DNA of 63,339 bases, the filler included, from Octopus bimaculoides (taxonomy: Eukaryota), in the NCBI RefSeq assembly GCF_001194135.2. It is 6 parts of 5 records of this genome, joined end to end, with 100 filler letters (N's around TTAATTAATTAA, not from the genome) between each part and the next. Parts side by side here need not be neighbours in the genome. Positions count along the whole stretch, not along the records: positions 23,777 to 28,549 come from NC_068994.1; positions 28,650 to 36,198 come from NC_068989.1; positions 36,299 to 40,750 come from NC_068984.1; 3 more parts are not named here. The stretch is one strand, 5' to 3'. Of this stretch, positions 27,015 to 39,000 are shown piece after piece; the first letter of the stretch is position 1, and every line of letters begins with the position of its first letter. A model generated the notes under the pieces. It did not search any database. It saw only the letters and a list, made by a program, of their open reading frames with translations, and was not told the DNA's origin. A program made the position numbers and the translations under genes.

Positions 27015-27408
27015 ATGCATCAACTTCACGCTGTAAAGTCATTGGTGTTAAGGCCTTCCATCCGTAGAAACCACAGTGAAGTAGATAGTAGAGCACGATG
27101 CAGTCCTTGAAGCCGTCGGATCCCGTTAAACTGTTGATCAATGGAATGGCCTGCTCGTGAAATTAACGTGCGAGTGGCAGAGAACTCCACAAACAAGTGT
27201 AAAATTAACGTAGCTCTCAGGGATATTCAGCATGACATACAGTGTGACATGGCTGGCCCTTTGAATTGCAGGTACTACTCATTTTTTTGTCAACTGAATG
27301 GACTGGAGCAACGTGAAATAAAATGTCTTGCTTAAGGTCACAACGCTTCGCCGGGAATTGAACTCACGACCTTGCGATCGTGAGCCGAGTACCCTAACCA
27401 CTGAGCCA
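27015..27408 (-). mobile_element. tRNA-derived SINE sharing the Nin-like domain with family C
   Basis: Head GTGGCTCAGTGGTTAGGGTACTCGGCTCACGATCGCAAGGTCGTGAGTTCAATTCCCGG; 27130-27290 is homologous to 20190-20325. Confidence 0.8.
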
Positions 27409-27754
27409 CATAAATGCACACATACATACGTAAGTAAACCCACCTAGACACATGTACATAGAAACACACACACACATGCGCTCACACATATACACATACG
27501 CACACATACACACATACACACATACACATACGCACACACACAAACACTCACATGCATATTTACATTCGTGTATACATACGTACATATCATACTCACACAT
27601 AAATTATTAAGGATGTATGTGCATACACATACATAAGTATGTGTGTGTATGTATGGTATAGTATGGTATGGTATGGTATGTATGTATGTATGTATGTACA
27701 ACATAACAAACAGACGGAGCGATCGATAGATAAGATACACCACTGTTTGTGTAC

Positions 27755-27841
27755 CTGGTCAGAAATAATCACGTCACCATGGCAAGCTCTACCGAGTTTT
27801 GAAATAAGTACTTTGTGAAGGAGCAACCTAATACTTGTCAG
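27755..27841 (-). CDS. Candidate internal exon, 87 nt (LTSIRLLLHKVLISKLGRACHGDVIISDQ)
   Basis: Acceptor gtcctcttcgcag, donor CAG|gtacac; only frame 0 is open. Confidence 0.25.
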
Positions 27842-28401
27842 CTGCGAAGAGGACTTTGTATGAAACATGAGACGACATATGTTTTCTTATCGTCCAGTTG
27901 GACCTTCTAATATTAGAATTATAGAATTGCTACAGCATGGTGGTAGGAAAAGTGGCTTTTCAAATTCTTCAGTCGTGCAGTAAACATCACGACGGTGAAT
28001 GGAATCACGGAGTAGTCGCTTTAGGTCTTCAACTCTTCAAAACGGTCGACATGGTTGTGGTCTTCTGTCTTTCTTTTTATCTGTTTTCAATCATCGGACC
28101 TTGTATGGTTTATTAGTCGAACAATCCGAACCCCCTGAAGTCTGATGTTTACTCTATATCGGCTTCTTTTGCCGGACGGCTAAGTTACGGGGTTGTAAAC
28201 AAACCTGCATCGGTTGTCAAGTGGTAGTTGGGAAGCATATACAAACGCAAAGAAACAAACTGCTGTAGGTTGTATCTTGACCCTCATACACCCAAGGAAA
28301 GTTTCGAACTCACGCCTTTTATTGAACCAGTCAGAGAGTAATACGTCACAGCGATTCACTGGTTATCTAAATTGAAATCATATTTGTTTGTTTCTCTTTA
28401 G

Positions 28402-28460
28402 TCGGGGACCGTCCGACCAGGTCTTTTACCTTTCTTTTTTCTTCTGGAAACGCAACGAGA
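28402..28460 (+). CDS. Candidate exon, 59 nt (all three frames open; may be non-coding)
   Basis: Strong acceptor tttgtttgtttctctttag and donor AGA|gtaagt. Confidence 0.3.
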
Positions 28461-28650
28461 GTAAGTTGTTCTCTTTTTCAATTATAAGTTACCCCAGAAC
28501 GCATTTGATCCCTCGACTCGCGCTCAGTTATTCCAACACGCGACCTTTTNNNNNNNNNNNNNNNNNNNNNNNNNNNNNNNNNNNNNNNNNNNNTTAATTA
28601 ATTAANNNNNNNNNNNNNNNNNNNNNNNNNNNNNNNNNNNNNNNNNNNNT

Positions 28651-29730
28651 AGAAATAAGGCATCAGTAGTGCTTTTACCTGGCACGAACCCAAACTGCAT
28701 CTCATCTAAATTGATTCGCTCCCTAATTAGTTGGGCTATGACCCTCTCTGTAACTTTCATAACCTGATCTAACAGCTTGATGCCTCTGTAATTATTTGTA
28801 TCTAAAGCGTCACCTTTACCTTTGTAGCAGTTGACTATGATGCTGCTACACCAGTCATTGGGTATGACTCCTTCGTGTATCACCTGGTTCGTAATACGGG
28901 TGACTAGGCTATAGCCAACACTGCCAGATATTTTGAGCATCTCTGCAGTGATTCCTGATGGGCCGGGGGCTTTCCCGGTCTTCATACTCTTAATTGCTTT
29001 ATCTACCCTGGTACTATCAACTCGGATAGCTGGTCCCTCTATTGGGTCGACAATGCACATATTACATCCTATCCCCTCTGAAATAGTCCCCACCACTTGT
29101 AACTACTTCCATTTGTCATTGTCCCTGACCACACTATTTCAACCAATCACCTCTGTTCTGACTCTTCAACCACTGCTCTTTTTCCCTTCTACTATACTCC
29201 ATTCTAAACATCTCTCTTATCTACTATTATTCTCAGTACTCTCCCATATATGCCATCATGACTCACCTACTATAGCCCCGTATGTATCCCAATCTCTCTC
29301 TACACAGCTCCTACACCTTGCACATCATTCTACTATTTTCTAGTCTATTCTCTTTTCTCAGCTGCACCTATATCTCCCACATCTCCCCTCTACATACTGG
29401 TATGTCCCACCATCTGCACCCTCACCTTTGTTCATTGCTCACTACATTAACCTCTATATCCACTGGTTTACTCCCTCCTCACACTCTTATGAAAGCATTC
29501 ACTCTCTCATTCTTTCCTATGATCTACTGTCCGTGTCCTTTCTTATGCTCACTTTCTTGTTTCTTGAGAGTTTGCTCTAGCACCTTATCATTATCTTCCT
29601 CTTATTTCCTTCATCCATATATCTCCTCTATAGCAAGATACCCGTTCTTTTCCTTCTATCATACTTTAGCCTTTCAACACCTGGCATACAGCTCATCATC
29701 CCACCTTTCCCTTCCAAATAATTCTCCTTA
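28651..29730 (-). mobile_element. RTE-clade LINE ORF fragment (linker and start of reverse transcriptase)
   Basis: KAIKSMKTGKAPGPSGITAEMLK..IPNDWCSSIIVNCYKGKGDALDTNNYRGIKLLDQVMKVTERVIAQLIRERINLDEMQFGFVPGKSTTDALF; the upstream part is degraded and the fragment is truncated by a gap. Confidence 0.92.
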
Positions 29731-29789
29731 GTAATGGAAACTTTTCCCTTTTTTCTGTTCTTTTCTGTCTTGCAAGTTATTTGGCAACC

Positions 29790-30115
29790 TCACTAGTGAT
29801 GGTACCATGAAAAAAGCACTCAGTACATTCTGTAAAGTAGTTGGCATTAGGAAGGGCATCCAACCATTGACACCAAAGATGACATTGGAGCTTGACACAG
29901 TCCTGCAGATCACCAGTAAAATTGTCCTACTTATGCCAGCATGGAAAGTGAATGTTAACTGATGATTTTCATCATCGTTTAACATCTGCCTTCCATGCTA
30001 GCATGGGTGAGACGGTTTCACAAGAGCCAGCCTGCACCAGACATCCGTGATTGTTTTGACAGGATTTTTACAGCTGGGTGCCCTTCCGAATCCTTGAGGT
30101 TCAAAACACCATAAT
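29790..30115. mobile_element. Two head-to-head copies of repeat family D (CATGCTAGCATG-containing SINE-like repeat)
   Basis: Minus copy about 29790-29960 and plus copy about 29975-30115, both with the GGATGCCCTTCC / GGAAGGGCATCC motif. Confidence 0.7.
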
Positions 30116-30519
30116 ATAAGTGGCAGGGTATTGCGAAGTAAGTGTGATTAAAGAGTGCAGAGGTGGGGTGGAGTGAGTCGTGAAAACATGGGCACACACA
30201 GAGTTGGAGACTACTGAATAGCAATGATATAGAGGAACAGGGCTGTGAGGACAGGATTGGGGAGTGAGAGCTAGGCATAGTGTTTGAAGGAGGAAATGAG
30301 AGGAAGAGATGTAGAGATATAGATTGGTTTGTTGGTGTAGGGTGAGTATAAAGTTTTGTTATGTGTGGGTGGAACACATAGGTCAGGGGCTAGCAGATAG
30401 CAATAATACAGTGAGACGGTGTGTGGGTGGAAGACACAGGTCGGGAGCTAGCAGAGAGCAATGATAGAGTGGCACAGGGCCAAGAGGACAGGTTTGGAGA
30501 TTGGGAGGTAAGCATAGTG

Positions 30520-30665
30520 CATATATATATATATGGCATCCAGCCATAAAACCCATGCCAAAACAGACACTGAAGCCTGGTGTAGTCTTCTGCTTGGCCA
30601 GCTCCTGTCAAACTGTCTAACCCATGCCTGCATGGAAGGTGGATGTTAAACAGTGATGATGATAA
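30520..30665 (-). mobile_element. Repeat family D fragment
   Basis: Homologous to 32492-32742. Confidence 0.7.
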
Positions 30666-30953
30666 AGATTCTTGTCACTTCCATATTCCATTTCTCTTAT
30701 TAATCAAATATATATATATATATATATATACACACGCACACCTCTTATTACATCACCTGATAAGACTCTTCTGCACTGAGGGATATATCCCAACTAGTTG
30801 TATTGTTTCCCACCTGCGAGGGATCAATGCAGGATGTGTCAAAATGATCATTGTGGGCAATAAACTTTCTTGTGTATTCTATTTTCCACCTCTATCATTT
30901 GCTATATATATATATATATATATATACACATCTGTAATATAATATGTGACAAT

Positions 30954-31104
30954 TATTCGGTTGCCATAATAAAACTCCGAGTTTCAGATGTCAGGGCAGA
31001 AATCTGCTCTGGCATCTCGTCATTTATTAAGACAAACAAAAATGCATTTTCGTTTGACTTAATAACTGATGAGATGGTGGAGTAGATTTCCGCCCCGACA
31101 TCTG
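30954..31104. mobile_element. Palindromic MITE-like element truncated by a gap
   Basis: 30985-31104 is a 120-bp imperfect palindrome centred on AAAATG|CATTTT. Confidence 0.6.
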
Positions 31105-31504
31105 NNNNNNNNNNNNNNNNNNNNNNNNNNNNNNNNNNNNNNNNNNNNNNNNNNNNNNNNNNNNNNNNNNNNNNNNNNNNNNNNNNNNNNNNNNNNNNNN
31201 NNNNNNNNNNNNNNNNNNNNNNNNNNNNNNNNNNNNNNNNNNNNNNNNNNNNNNNNNNNNNNNNNNNNNNNNNNNNNNNNNNNNNNNNNNNNNNNNNNNN
31301 NNNNNNATATATATATATATATATAAATATATACACACATACACACACATGCACATATCATAATCCTCATTATCATTTAAAGTCCGTTCTACATGCTGGC
31401 ATGAGTTAGATGGTTTGACAGGAGCTGGTAAGCCAGAGGACTGCACCAATCTCCACTGTTTACTTTGGCATGGTTTTTACAGATGGATACCCTGCTGTCA
31501 ACAT

Positions 31505-31790
31505 TAATGACTGGTCCCCAGTGGGAAGACTCTCGTTCTATACATTCTCCACATTTAGCAGCCTTTCATAGTGGCACTTCCATGTTGCTTCCTTTGTAGA
31601 ATCACTTCTGTCCAATAATTTCATGATTTTCTCCAACACTGTCTTGCAATACAGAACACCTTATACCTCTGGTCCTCATGCTTCTTTTCTGCTTCTTTTA
31701 CTTTTCCTCTTGTTAGATAAGCCTGTTGCCTAGCCTCTCTTCTAGCTACATGGTAGTTCTCTGCTACCCCCACTCTTTCACTTCCAGATC
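31505..31790 (-). mobile_element. RTE LINE fragment
   Basis: Minus strand KEATWKCHYERLLNVEN, the typical RTE linker. Confidence 0.7.
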
Positions 31791-31794
31791 TGTT

Positions 31795-32470
31795 TTATAT
31801 ATTTCTTTTATCTTTGACTTGTTTCAGACTGTAGCCAAGGTAGGACACTGCTTTAAATTTTTTTAGTCAAATGTATCAACCCCAGTACTTAGTTTTTTTA
31901 AACCTGGTACTTTATTGGTCTCTTTTACCAAATCACTAAGTTATGAGGACATAAACACTCAGCACTAGTTGTCAAGTGATGGTGGGGGACAAAGACAAAG
32001 ACACATACAGATATATAATCCTTTTCTACTTTTTACTTGTTTCAGTCATTTGACTGTAGCTTTGCTGGGGCACTGCCTTGAAGGGTTTTAGTTGAACAAA
32101 TTGATCGCTAAGTAACATGGACATAAATAAACCAACACCGGTTGTCAAGCAGTGGTGGTGGACAAACACACACAAAGACACACACACATATATATAATAT
32201 ATATAATGGGCTTCTTTCAGTTACCATCTCCCAAATCCACTCACAAGGCTTTGGTCAGCCTGAAGCTATAGTAGAAGATACCCAAGTGTCACACAGAGGG
32301 ATGGAACCCAGAACCATGCGATTGGGAAGCAAGCTTCTTACTACACTATCACGTCTGTGCCTACAAAGGGCTTCTTTCAGTTTCTCTCAACCAAATCCAT
32401 TCACAAGGTTTTGGTCAGCCACGCAGTAGGACTGAACCTGAAATCATGTGGTTGGAAAGCAACCTCTCAC
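31795..32470 (-). mobile_element. Cluster of family A SINE pieces (tail 31795-32000, copy 32028-32360, head 32365-32470)
   Basis: Homology to other family A copies. Confidence 0.75.
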
Positions 32471-32491
32471 CACATGTATGTGTGTGTATAT

Positions 32492-32742
32492 CGTCGTCGT
32501 CGTTTAACGTCCGCTTTCCATGCTAGCATGGGTTGGACAATTTGACTGAGGACTGGTGAAACCAGATGGCTACACCAGGCTCCAATCTGATTTGGCAGAG
32601 TTTCTACAGCTGGATGCCCTTCCTAACGCCAACCACTCAGAGAGTGTAGTGGGTGCTTTTACGTGTCACCCGCATGAAGGCCAGTCAGGCGGTACTGGCA
32701 ACGGCCACGCTCAAAATGGTGTATTTCATGTGCCACCCGCAC
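32492..32742 (+). mobile_element. Repeat family D, well-preserved copy
   Basis: CGTTTAACGTCCGCTTTCCATGCTAGCATGGGTTGGAC..GGATGCCCTTCCTAACGCCAACC.. Confidence 0.8.
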
Positions 32743-32905
32743 AAAAAAAAAATATATATATATAATGCTTATGGATGTATATGTGTGTGTATATACATAC
32801 ACATATGCTAAGATTTTGATGTGAAATGTTCATAGGCATTATAAATACTAATTGAAATAGTAGACAAACAAGTCAACTGACAGGGATTGTGAATAAAAAA
32901 CATCA

Positions 32906-34120
32906 TCTGTATATATATAATGCAAGATGTGTGTGTACGTGAATGTAGTTTATGCACTCCACAAATTAGCACGCATGTCGCTCCAATTTTAGGAGGACAT
33001 TCGTCATGACCCTATCTGCTTTTTCGTCAACTTTTTCTCTCAGAGGCACCCGCGTATAGCTGTAAAAATCGATTTTCAACCATAACTTTTACCAATTTTG
33101 AAGTTTGTTGACATGGCGAAGTCAAACTGTGTGTAGCATGTGAAGAAGAGAGAGAGAGAGAGAGAGAGAGAAATAGTGTGTTTGTGATGGGGAGTGAGGG
33201 AGAGAAACAGATTGTTTGCTAGCGTCTAACAAAAAAAAAAGTAACGAAAAAGTGGGAGAGGGAGACAGAAAGTGTCTAACGAAAGAAAAAGTAGGAGAGG
33301 GCAGTTTTTGAAAGACACTATATTTTAGAATGAGAATATATATACTTTCTCACACCACAATTAAAATATATTTATTTTAAATCATTTATTAATTTAAATC
33401 GTTCATTTTTCTCCCCCCTCTCACTCTCACACACACGCACATATACTACTTTGGGAGAAAAAGAGTTTTGTTTATATTTCACAACAACAATGAAACAAAG
33501 AGCTATGTAACAATTTGTCAGTGAATTACACAATATAAATGCGTAAAATTTCTGAGGCTTCCCCACTCCAACCCGTTTTTCAGATCACAAAAAGGGTTTG
33601 GTAATTTTTCAGATTAACACCCGCACGATTTCCACTAGGGTTTTACGGTTAGGGTTTTACGGTTAGGATTAGGGTTAGGGTTAAGTTTAGTGTTAGGGTT
33701 AGGATTAGGATTAGGGTTGGTGTTAGGGTTATGGTTTTAGGGTCAGGGTTAGGGTTTTAGGGTTAGGGTTAGAGTTAACCTAGAAGGGACAGGCCCCTTA
33801 TTTTTTGGTTAAGGCTGTTGGTAAGTTTTCCTAAGTTACTCCAATCCAGATCCCCAATGCAAACCTTCAGATCAACCTTCTCCTGTGCAGATCTCTAATG
33901 CAACTTTAAAAAAAAACAGTCAATGAGTGGAAATAACCAATAAACTGATTCCTTATGGGATTTCCCAATCAAATTGCCAGCAAACCATTTTCAGCCAAAC
34001 CAATTTCAACGGATTTCGCTCAAATCTGATGTCGATGTTACTTATTTTGGTTTGAAATAAAGCACTTGATCACTTAATAATCCTAGCTTAATCCCGGGCA
34101 GCGCCGGGCTATACTGCTAG
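32906..34120 (+). mobile_element. Non-autonomous Helitron, apparently full length (about 1.2 kb)
   Basis: A|TCTGTATATATATAA 5' end; 3' hairpin CCCGG-GCAGCG-CCGGG (34093-34108) followed by CTAG|T. Confidence 0.8.
33636..33776 (+). repeat. Degenerate interstitial (TTAGGG)n telomeric-type array
   Basis: TTAGGG units mixed with TTAGGA, TTTTAGGG and TCAGGG variants. Confidence 0.9.
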
Positions 34121-35694
34121 TCAGATATAAAAATTGGTGTTATGAATGTCTAATATAAAGATTTGATATTACAGAAAATTTAGTAGTTGATTTTAATATC
34201 AAAAACAAAAGCATCAACAGGATGAGGGGTTAAATTTACCACCCCAAAACAGGCATGGCACTGATTGATGGGCTTCTATGCAGTTTCTTTCCAGCTAATT
34301 TCACTCACAAGTCTTTGGTTGATTCAAGACTATTGTAGAGAACCCTTGCTCAAGATACCACTGGAATTGAACCTGAAACCTATTTGTGAAATGAAATTCT
34401 CAATACTTGCTTTACAAGTTGTAAGTAACAGTCTTGGCATCAACTTAATTGTTAATTGACACATTTAAAATAGAAACACAATGCTAACAAATCATATTAA
34501 GTTGATGTGTGCTCTATTCCCTCCATTGTAAGCAGAAATATCTAATTGAATATTAATCAAATGAAAGCAAAACAAATTTTTCACTGCATATATGATCATT
34601 ATTGAATGCATATTGCACTACAAACTGTTATAGCCATCAATACCTGGAAGAAAATTGTATTGCTACATAACATTAACATGATACATTGAAATAAATATGA
34701 ATGTATTTCTATTACATTTCATGTTTCAAGTGCGACTAATTTTGCCTTTTGAATAACTTTTAGCCCTTCAAAATAACTTACTAAAATAATAAAATTTTGA
34801 GGTATTTTAAAAAAATATTTTGTTTAGTAATCATTGATTATAATTTTGAATTTGTTCTTTTTGAGTTATTAGAATGGCTACTCAAGTAGTTAATCAATCA
34901 TGCAAGTAAACTGCATGAAACATTGGTAAAGTGCCAGACAAAATACCTCATAGTGTTTAGTTCAGAATTCAAATCTAGTCCAAGCCAGCTTTACCTTTCA
35001 TTCTTCTGGAGTTGATAAAAATAAGTGCCAGTGAAATACTGAGGTTGATTTAATTGATTGATGTCATCATCATCATCATCATCATTATCATCATCATTTA
35101 ACATCTGTGTTCCATACTAGCATGGGTGGAACAGTGCCACAAGAGATCTCTGTTCTCAAATTTATGGCCATGTCAGAAATTATTATTTTCCTTTTCAATT
35201 GTTTATTAATGAGTTTCTCGCTGTCTTTGAATTACAACACTGAATAATAATAGTCCCTTGTGTTAGGGATTGATGTCCCATAAAATAGAGAATTAGTTTT
35301 GTAATCTTAAATCTTAATGAGCTGTTGTTTTGTACAATACTTAAGAAAACTTGAGCTAAAAAAGGTATATATGTTTTATTTTAATAAATGGTTCTGTTAC
35401 TTCATTGCAAAGCAATGTCAGTATCCAGCATATTTGTTTAAAGGAGTTCTAGTTATTTCTTAATAAAATAATTATAATTTTGTTTATAGGTGTCCAGAAA
35501 GTTGGGACTGGGAACAGTTGATTACATTGATTAGTACTTATTTTATCATCCAATGAAATATGAGGTGAAGATTTTAGTGGAATTTGAACTCAGAAACATA
35601 ATGGAAAGCAATAGATGTACCAAAGCATTTACTCCACATAAGTGTTGAGACTGCCTTTTACTTACACATGCACATACATTCATCCATCTAAAGC

Positions 35695-35830
35695 AGTGGT
35701 TCTTAACCTTTTTACTACCATGCCTCTCCTAGGAATTTGTCATTCTCTCCAGCCCCCAGCCCTGCATCTATGAATAAAATTCCCAGATTTTAAATAAAAT
35801 CTAAAATGTTTTTAGTTTTTTTATTGAATA
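35695..35830 (+). mobile_element. hAT (Charlie/Buster-like) MITE end
   Basis: CAGTGGTTCTTAACCTTTTT terminal motif. Confidence 0.55.
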
Positions 35831-36198
35831 CTAGCAGAGATACCCGGCGATGCCCGTGTTACATGCAATTGAAAAATGAGACTTTTCTGTTATATTTTCT
35901 GTAAAGAACTGGAATACATATGATTCGAATTTCATCAAAATTGCACATGAGGGTTCTTTCCCTCTTTACACGCCCTAAAAAAATTATAATCATGAGACAT
36001 GTATCCCATACTATTGATCTTTATGCGCATATTCCAAAATTTCAGTCTTCTGGAACCTGTAAAAAAGATTTTGCTCCTGCAAAATGGAGCTCATGGAGCT
36101 CTAAAATGTGGGAATGAAGGCCCCTATTGGGGGTGGGGATGTTAATGTCAACCAGAGAAGTTGAATTGTTGGGAATGTTTTTAACTTGGGTCTTATAG
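35831..36198 (-). mobile_element. Helitron 3' portion
   Basis: Minus strand CGGGCATCGCCGGG-TATCTCTG-CTAG|T at 35831; runs into a gap. Confidence 0.7.
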
Positions 36199-36298
36199 NN
36201 NNNNNNNNNNNNNNNNNNNNNNNNNNNNNNNNNNNNNNNNNNTTAATTAATTAANNNNNNNNNNNNNNNNNNNNNNNNNNNNNNNNNNNNNNNNNNNN

Positions 36299-36607
36299 TA
36301 ATACTTATTCTATCGGGCACATTTGCGGAACTGCTAAGTTATAGGGACATTAACACACCAGCATTGGTTGTCAAGCGACGTTGGAGGGACAAACACAGAC
36401 ACACAAATATATACAGACACATACATATGTATATATATACATATATACATATATACATATATCCACCTACCAAATCTACTCACAAGGCTTTGGTCAGCCC
36501 GAGGCTATAGTTAAAGACACTTACCCTAGGTGCCACGCAGTGGGACTGAACCCGGAACCATGTGGTTCGTAAGCAAGCTACTTACCACACAGCCACTCCT
36601 ATGCCTA
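36299..36607 (-). mobile_element. SINE family A
   Basis: Head and core conserved. Confidence 0.85.
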
Positions 36608-36640
36608 CATATTCATACATACATCATATATATGTGTGTG

Positions 36641-36678
<38 letters not shown>

Positions 36679-36759
36679 CATACATACATTATATATATAC
36701 ATACATTATATATATACATACATTATATATACATGCATTATATATATAGATATAAATAC

Positions 36760-36798
<39 letters not shown>

Positions 36799-36994
36799 GT
36801 ACATTATATATATATACGTACATTATATATATATACACATTATATATATGTGCACACACACATATATATATACATATACATAATTTCTATATAAATACAT
36901 TATATATATATATATATACATACATTATATATGTATATTTATATACACACATATATAGATATATACATTATATATATATATATGTACATTTTAT

Positions 36995-37038
<44 letters not shown>

Positions 37039-37040
<2 letters not shown>

Positions 37041-38322
37041 TGTATACATAAATGTGTAATGGTATCTGTTTGTGTGTGTTTGGAGTTACTCTAACTCCTC
37101 CCACACCATCTAACCAATTTTAATGATTTTTGGCATGTAGGTAGATTACATGCCCTGCAGTTCAAAGAAGGCCGAAATTCTTCAGAAACTCAATAATGCT
37201 CTGTTGGCATCATATTTTGTGAGCTCAATCAGGTGTTTGAATAGAAATTCCTATTACAATGTTATTTTTGCTGTTTTTGTCCAGTTTTGATGAAAATTGA
37301 TGAGTGAGCAAGGCTCATGGCAATGAGTTGATGTCAGTATATGGCGTTGACAAAGAATTAATAATTGTGTTTGAGCAGTTGTTTTATAAAATCAATAGGC
37401 TTTTTGTGTGTAAATAGCCATAGGAATTTTATTTTTGGCCGTAACTTTTATATTTTTTATCCGAATTTAATGAAATTTGAGATGTAGGTAAATTTTGTGG
37501 TGGGAGAGACGGTAAAAGTGTTTATTTAATTCAAAAAGGCTTGAAAAGGGCACAAATTCAAATAAGCATTTCCTTAGAGACATTCTTATTGATTTTGTAG
37601 AAATTTTACATGTGATTACAGTTCATGTCAATTAGTTGATGCCAGCATGAAGAGTTGACAAAAAATCAATAACTGCGCATGAGCCGGGAATTTTAAGAAA
37701 TCAATAGGCTTTTTATATGCAATTACCCATAGGATTAGTATTTTATGCTGTAACATTTACAGAATTCATCCGATTTTGATGAAATTTGACATTTAGGTAA
37801 AGTTTTTGGTCGAAGTCATTAAACTGGTGAAAGGCAGAAATTGTCAGAATTCACTCACAATAAAATAATGAACTGATTTTGAAGTAAATTGACCCATAAG
37901 TAAAATTAAGCACTTCGACAAGAAACATCGATTATTCATATAATGTATTGGGATTTAAAAGTCAATGGGATATTTTCATGTAAATGGTCACATGGATTCT
38001 ATTTTATGACATAACTGTAACACTTTTCTTCAGATTTTGCTGAGATTGGACATGCCGATCAATTTTGTACAGAGGGTGGCATTAAGAGGAGAGAAATATA
38101 CAAACATCACTCTCAACGAGTCGAGGTACACCCAAAAGTGTGACTGCGATTTCAAACAGTCCAGTATGTAGGAGTATGTCAAAAGCATGAATCGGGTAAA
38201 ATCCCTGCCAAACCAGATATAACATCTTAATGAGTAATAGTTGTCACGAGGAATGTAGAAGATTCCACTATATGGTTACAGGTGGGCTTAACTTCAACAT
38301 GAAAAACATGAGCAACAGCCAG
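37039..38322 (+). mobile_element. Non-autonomous Helitron, copy 1 (with internal duplications)
   Basis: A|TCTGTATACATAAATG start; degenerate end AAACATGAGCAACAGCCAG. Confidence 0.7.
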
Positions 38323-38692
38323 TATATATACATAAATGTGTAATGGTGTCTGTCTGTGTGTGTGTTTGCTGTTACTCTAACTCCTCCCACACCGTCCAAC
38401 CGATTTAAATGATTTTTGACACATAGGTAGATCAAATGCCCTGAAGTTCAAATAAAGCCAGAATTTTTCCAGAACTCATTAATGCTCAGTTGGCATCGAT
38501 TTTTGTGAGCTCAATTGGGTGTTTGAATGGAAATTCCCATAATGATGTTATTTTTCCTGCATCTTTTGCATTTTTTCACATGTAAAATTTCAACAAAATC
38601 AATGGAATAGTTTTTAAGGAAATGTTTATTCAATACAAGGTGGGCTTGACTTCAACATGGGAAACCCAAGCAATGTCGGGTCCAACAGCTAG
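38323..38692 (+). mobile_element. Non-autonomous Helitron, copy 2 (internally deleted, head-to-tail with copy 1)
   Basis: The 5' 250 bp is homologous to 37039-37290; ends ACCCAAGCAATGTCGGGT-CCAACAG-CTAG|T. Confidence 0.75.
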
Positions 38693-38701
38693 TTATATAC
38701 A

Positions 38702-38758
<57 letters not shown>

Positions 38759-39000
38759 GTGTGTGTTAAATATACATATATGTATATACATTATATATAT
38801 GTGTGTGTATGTATATATATATATATACACATCATATATACATATATATATATATCTACATATACTTTTATATATATGTAGATATATATATTTATACACC
38901 TCCCCCACATATATATTATATATATATATATATTTACACACACATATATGCTTTTCGTGCCAATTTTTTTTTATTTGGCACTTTTTTACCATCCTGTAAA

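Noticed and set aside
33636-33776. True chromosome end
   Set aside because: The array is short, degenerate, internal and lies within a Helitron.
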